Part shown: positions 61,643 through 64,000 of the stretch, piece by piece
Numbering within the stretch: position 1 is the first letter of the stretch
Layout: every line of letters begins with the position of its first letter
DNA from: Rhina ancylostomus
Taxonomy: Eukaryota
Direction: 5' to 3'
Length of the DNA stretch: 64,000 bases
Assembly: GCA_030265395.1 (NCBI GenBank)
Contig: JARFYF010000029.1
Coordinates: 30,406,309 to 30,470,308 of the forward strand
Position numbers and translations under genes: made by a program
Notes under the pieces: generated by a model
The model's input: only the letters and a program-made list of their open reading frames with translations
What the model was told of the DNA's origin: nothing
Databases searched by the model: none

Positions 61643-64000
61643 ACTCACTGCCTTATAATTACGTCTGGATATTAACTTTGTTATTTAGCATTCTGGTATG
61701 CAGCTGATATGGAAATTGCCCAGATAGTATTTGGGGATTAATTTAGGAAAAGATTAACTAATTTTCAGTGAAGAAGGGATTGTTATAAGTTATCCTTCAT
61801 TTAGAGAATGCCATGATAAACAGGACTGAAAACGTACCTGCTGCAGAAAAAGAAATCCCACGGAGGTTAAGAAAAAAATACACTTCCTAATGTAAATAAG
61901 CACAAATCACATGAATTTTACAGAATTTTACTAGAAAGAACTGAATGAAACTGTGGTTAGTTCAGACAACCAGGTATAACAGCCCTCTCATAGCAGCCTG
62001 GGCAATGGGTGTTGGCAGTTGCTACAAAAATGACACGGACTTGGCCACATATCCTACCACAGTGAATATTGAGCATTTTGCAATATCAGACTTGTTCTCT
62101 TTACCACATCCCTTCCCTGTTGTTCTTTTTCACAGTAACGGCTATTGAACTAATTATTTACAAGGTACTTTGCTTTTCTCTTCCTTGCAACTTTTCTGTT
62201 GAACACTCATCACCATTTCACCTTCTTTCATTATTTCTCATATTCCGAGCAATCTAATTTCAGGCAAAGATGCCCTAGACCTAAAGTATTTTTGTTGACT
62301 CCTGCACTATTAATTCCAGATATTTATCTACTCTTTCTTTGTCAGAATGCTTCATATACTGCCACTGTTGCAGAGACATGATGGCCAGCTAATGCCAAAA
62401 CTGCATATGCACCTGGCAAGTGCACAGCAACAATGTACAGGTGCTATCCTATCACTTCTGGTGGTGCACGTGTGATGCATTCCTTTTTAAAATCTAGCTC
62501 TATCTATGGAAACATGGTGAGAAACAAAACAATTATGTTAAATAGATAGCAATGTTTTGCTACGATGAGCTGACTACAATAGAATGCCTTTTCAATTCCA
62601 CAAAACCTACAGCTTCTAAAATTAATTGTGCACTAAAATTAATTTTCAGGTGTGAGCTGTCACTAAACAATTGTTTGTTTTTGGATTAAGCAGTTTCCTG
62701 ATAAAATTTTTGTCCAATCTATCTTAAAGTGTTATTAAAATTGAAGCTATACTGTCCTGTTGAATTCAGATTTTAATTAGGCTTCCTGGTGTTCAATTGC
62801 CAATGACATTTCCAATTCTGGGCAATGAACACAATGGTCAGCTATTTTCCATCTATTAAGGCAGTCCAGTAAATCACTTAGACTTGTTCTCAGTTTGTTT
62901 TGTTAATCCTTATACTAAACAAAGTTATAGATGGTGGTGCTGTGGAAGAATATGCTTTTCTTTCAAGCATCCAGCAGAACATCAAACATCACAGATTAAG
63001 AATGCCATATCTGATACAAAGTAAGATTCTCTCTGTTCTGTCCCATCCTGCGGTGTGTCAGTGTGACACTGCGCCACTTTCTGCACTAATGTTCCTGTGG
63101 GCTGCATCGTATTGCCAGTTTCTGCCAGTCTCATGCCAAATTAGCAATTTAATGCCGAGCATTTATTTCCAACAGGCATTTGATTGAGATTGTATAGAAT
63201 AATTTGAACAGGACAGCTACAATAGGACGAATGAAAACCTGTACTAATTGAATCCATTTTCAATGCAAATCTAATGTAGTTGCAATGTAATAAGTACATT
63301 TATATTTCCTGCAACATTATAACACCTAAAGCATAACTACTTTGTAAGTTAGAGTTCTCTTTCTTGAAGCTTGGCACATTGTCCTATAAACTCTGCTCAG
63401 CAACAAAACAGCAGAACCTAATTATATTTTCATGTTTTATTTTAAAGTGATTAAGGATTTCTCTCTGATAGTTGAGTTGATAAATATGCTGTCTGGTTTG
63501 GTTGGGAACATTACAGGCTCTGAGCAATTTTGGGTCCAATTTGATCTGTAAGAGTTAACTGGTTTCAGCTGGGGTAACAGCAGGGACCTTGCACTTGGCC
63601 ACAGTTTACTGGGGCAAGGGAAGAGAAAAAAAATAAATCAACCCACATTCTCACTTCCTCTGTGTGCGAGGGGTGCTGGACTCAGCTGTAAAAGCACTTA
63701 TGGTCACAATAGAATAACCTGCTAAACGTGGTTGTTCAGGCTTATGCATGCAGAACATTCACTTGGGTGAGGTATCATTAGAAGCTAAGATCTATGGGAT
63801 TGTACCCCATCATGTTTTCAGGACAGGAGTGGAGAAAGCTGGTGAGAGGGAGGAAAATATGAAACATGATCACAGAAGCCATTGCCTTAAGTCAGCCCAT
63901 CACATACCCATCTTGTTTAAATATACTTTAAAAATATATGAAAATGAAATGATATTTATATGTTTTGACAAGCATCTGTACCATACCTTTTAGTATTTAA

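Noticed and set aside
42300-64000. Exons of expected syntenic neighbours (TBC1D30 downstream, LEMD3 upstream)
   Set aside because: No recognisable coding sequence on either strand in the flanks.
1-64000. CRISPR arrays, tRNA/rRNA genes, prokaryotic systems
   Set aside because: Vertebrate DNA with no repeat-spacer arrays. All tRNA-like boxes belong to SINE heads.

Overview
Eukaryotic, AT-rich genomic DNA from a cartilaginous fish (repeat content suggests an elasmobranch, possibly a batoid), taken from a gapped short-read assembly. It holds one protein-coding gene, WIF1 (Wnt inhibitory factor 1), on the + strand. All 10 exons can be located between about 20.5 and 41.3 kb: WIF domain in exons 1-4, five 96-nt phase-1 EGF exons, and a terminal exon ending PPESNYIW*. 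The start codon/promoter, the start of exon 4 and the start of exon 10 fall in N-gaps. The rest is intronic/intergenic DNA filled with decayed retroelements (CR1, a second CR1-group LINE, L2, RTE, Rex1/Babar, Penelope, V-SINE/HE1-like and DeuSINE-like SINEs) plus a Tigger-like MITE. Nearly all ORFs in the supplied track are repeat remnants, gap artefacts or chance. I see no convincing wholly new biological system. The most unusual items are a 154-bp spacer-less palindrome at 7.1 kb, loss of the G-x-V-P motif in the WIF domain, competing/recursive splice signals at WIF1 exons 3, 7 and 8, decayed hammerhead-ribozyme cores and fold-backs in Penelope ends (one next to the promoter gap), and several motif-dense candidate enhancers. 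Repeat-family names and comparisons to human WIF1 are from recalled sequences, not searches.
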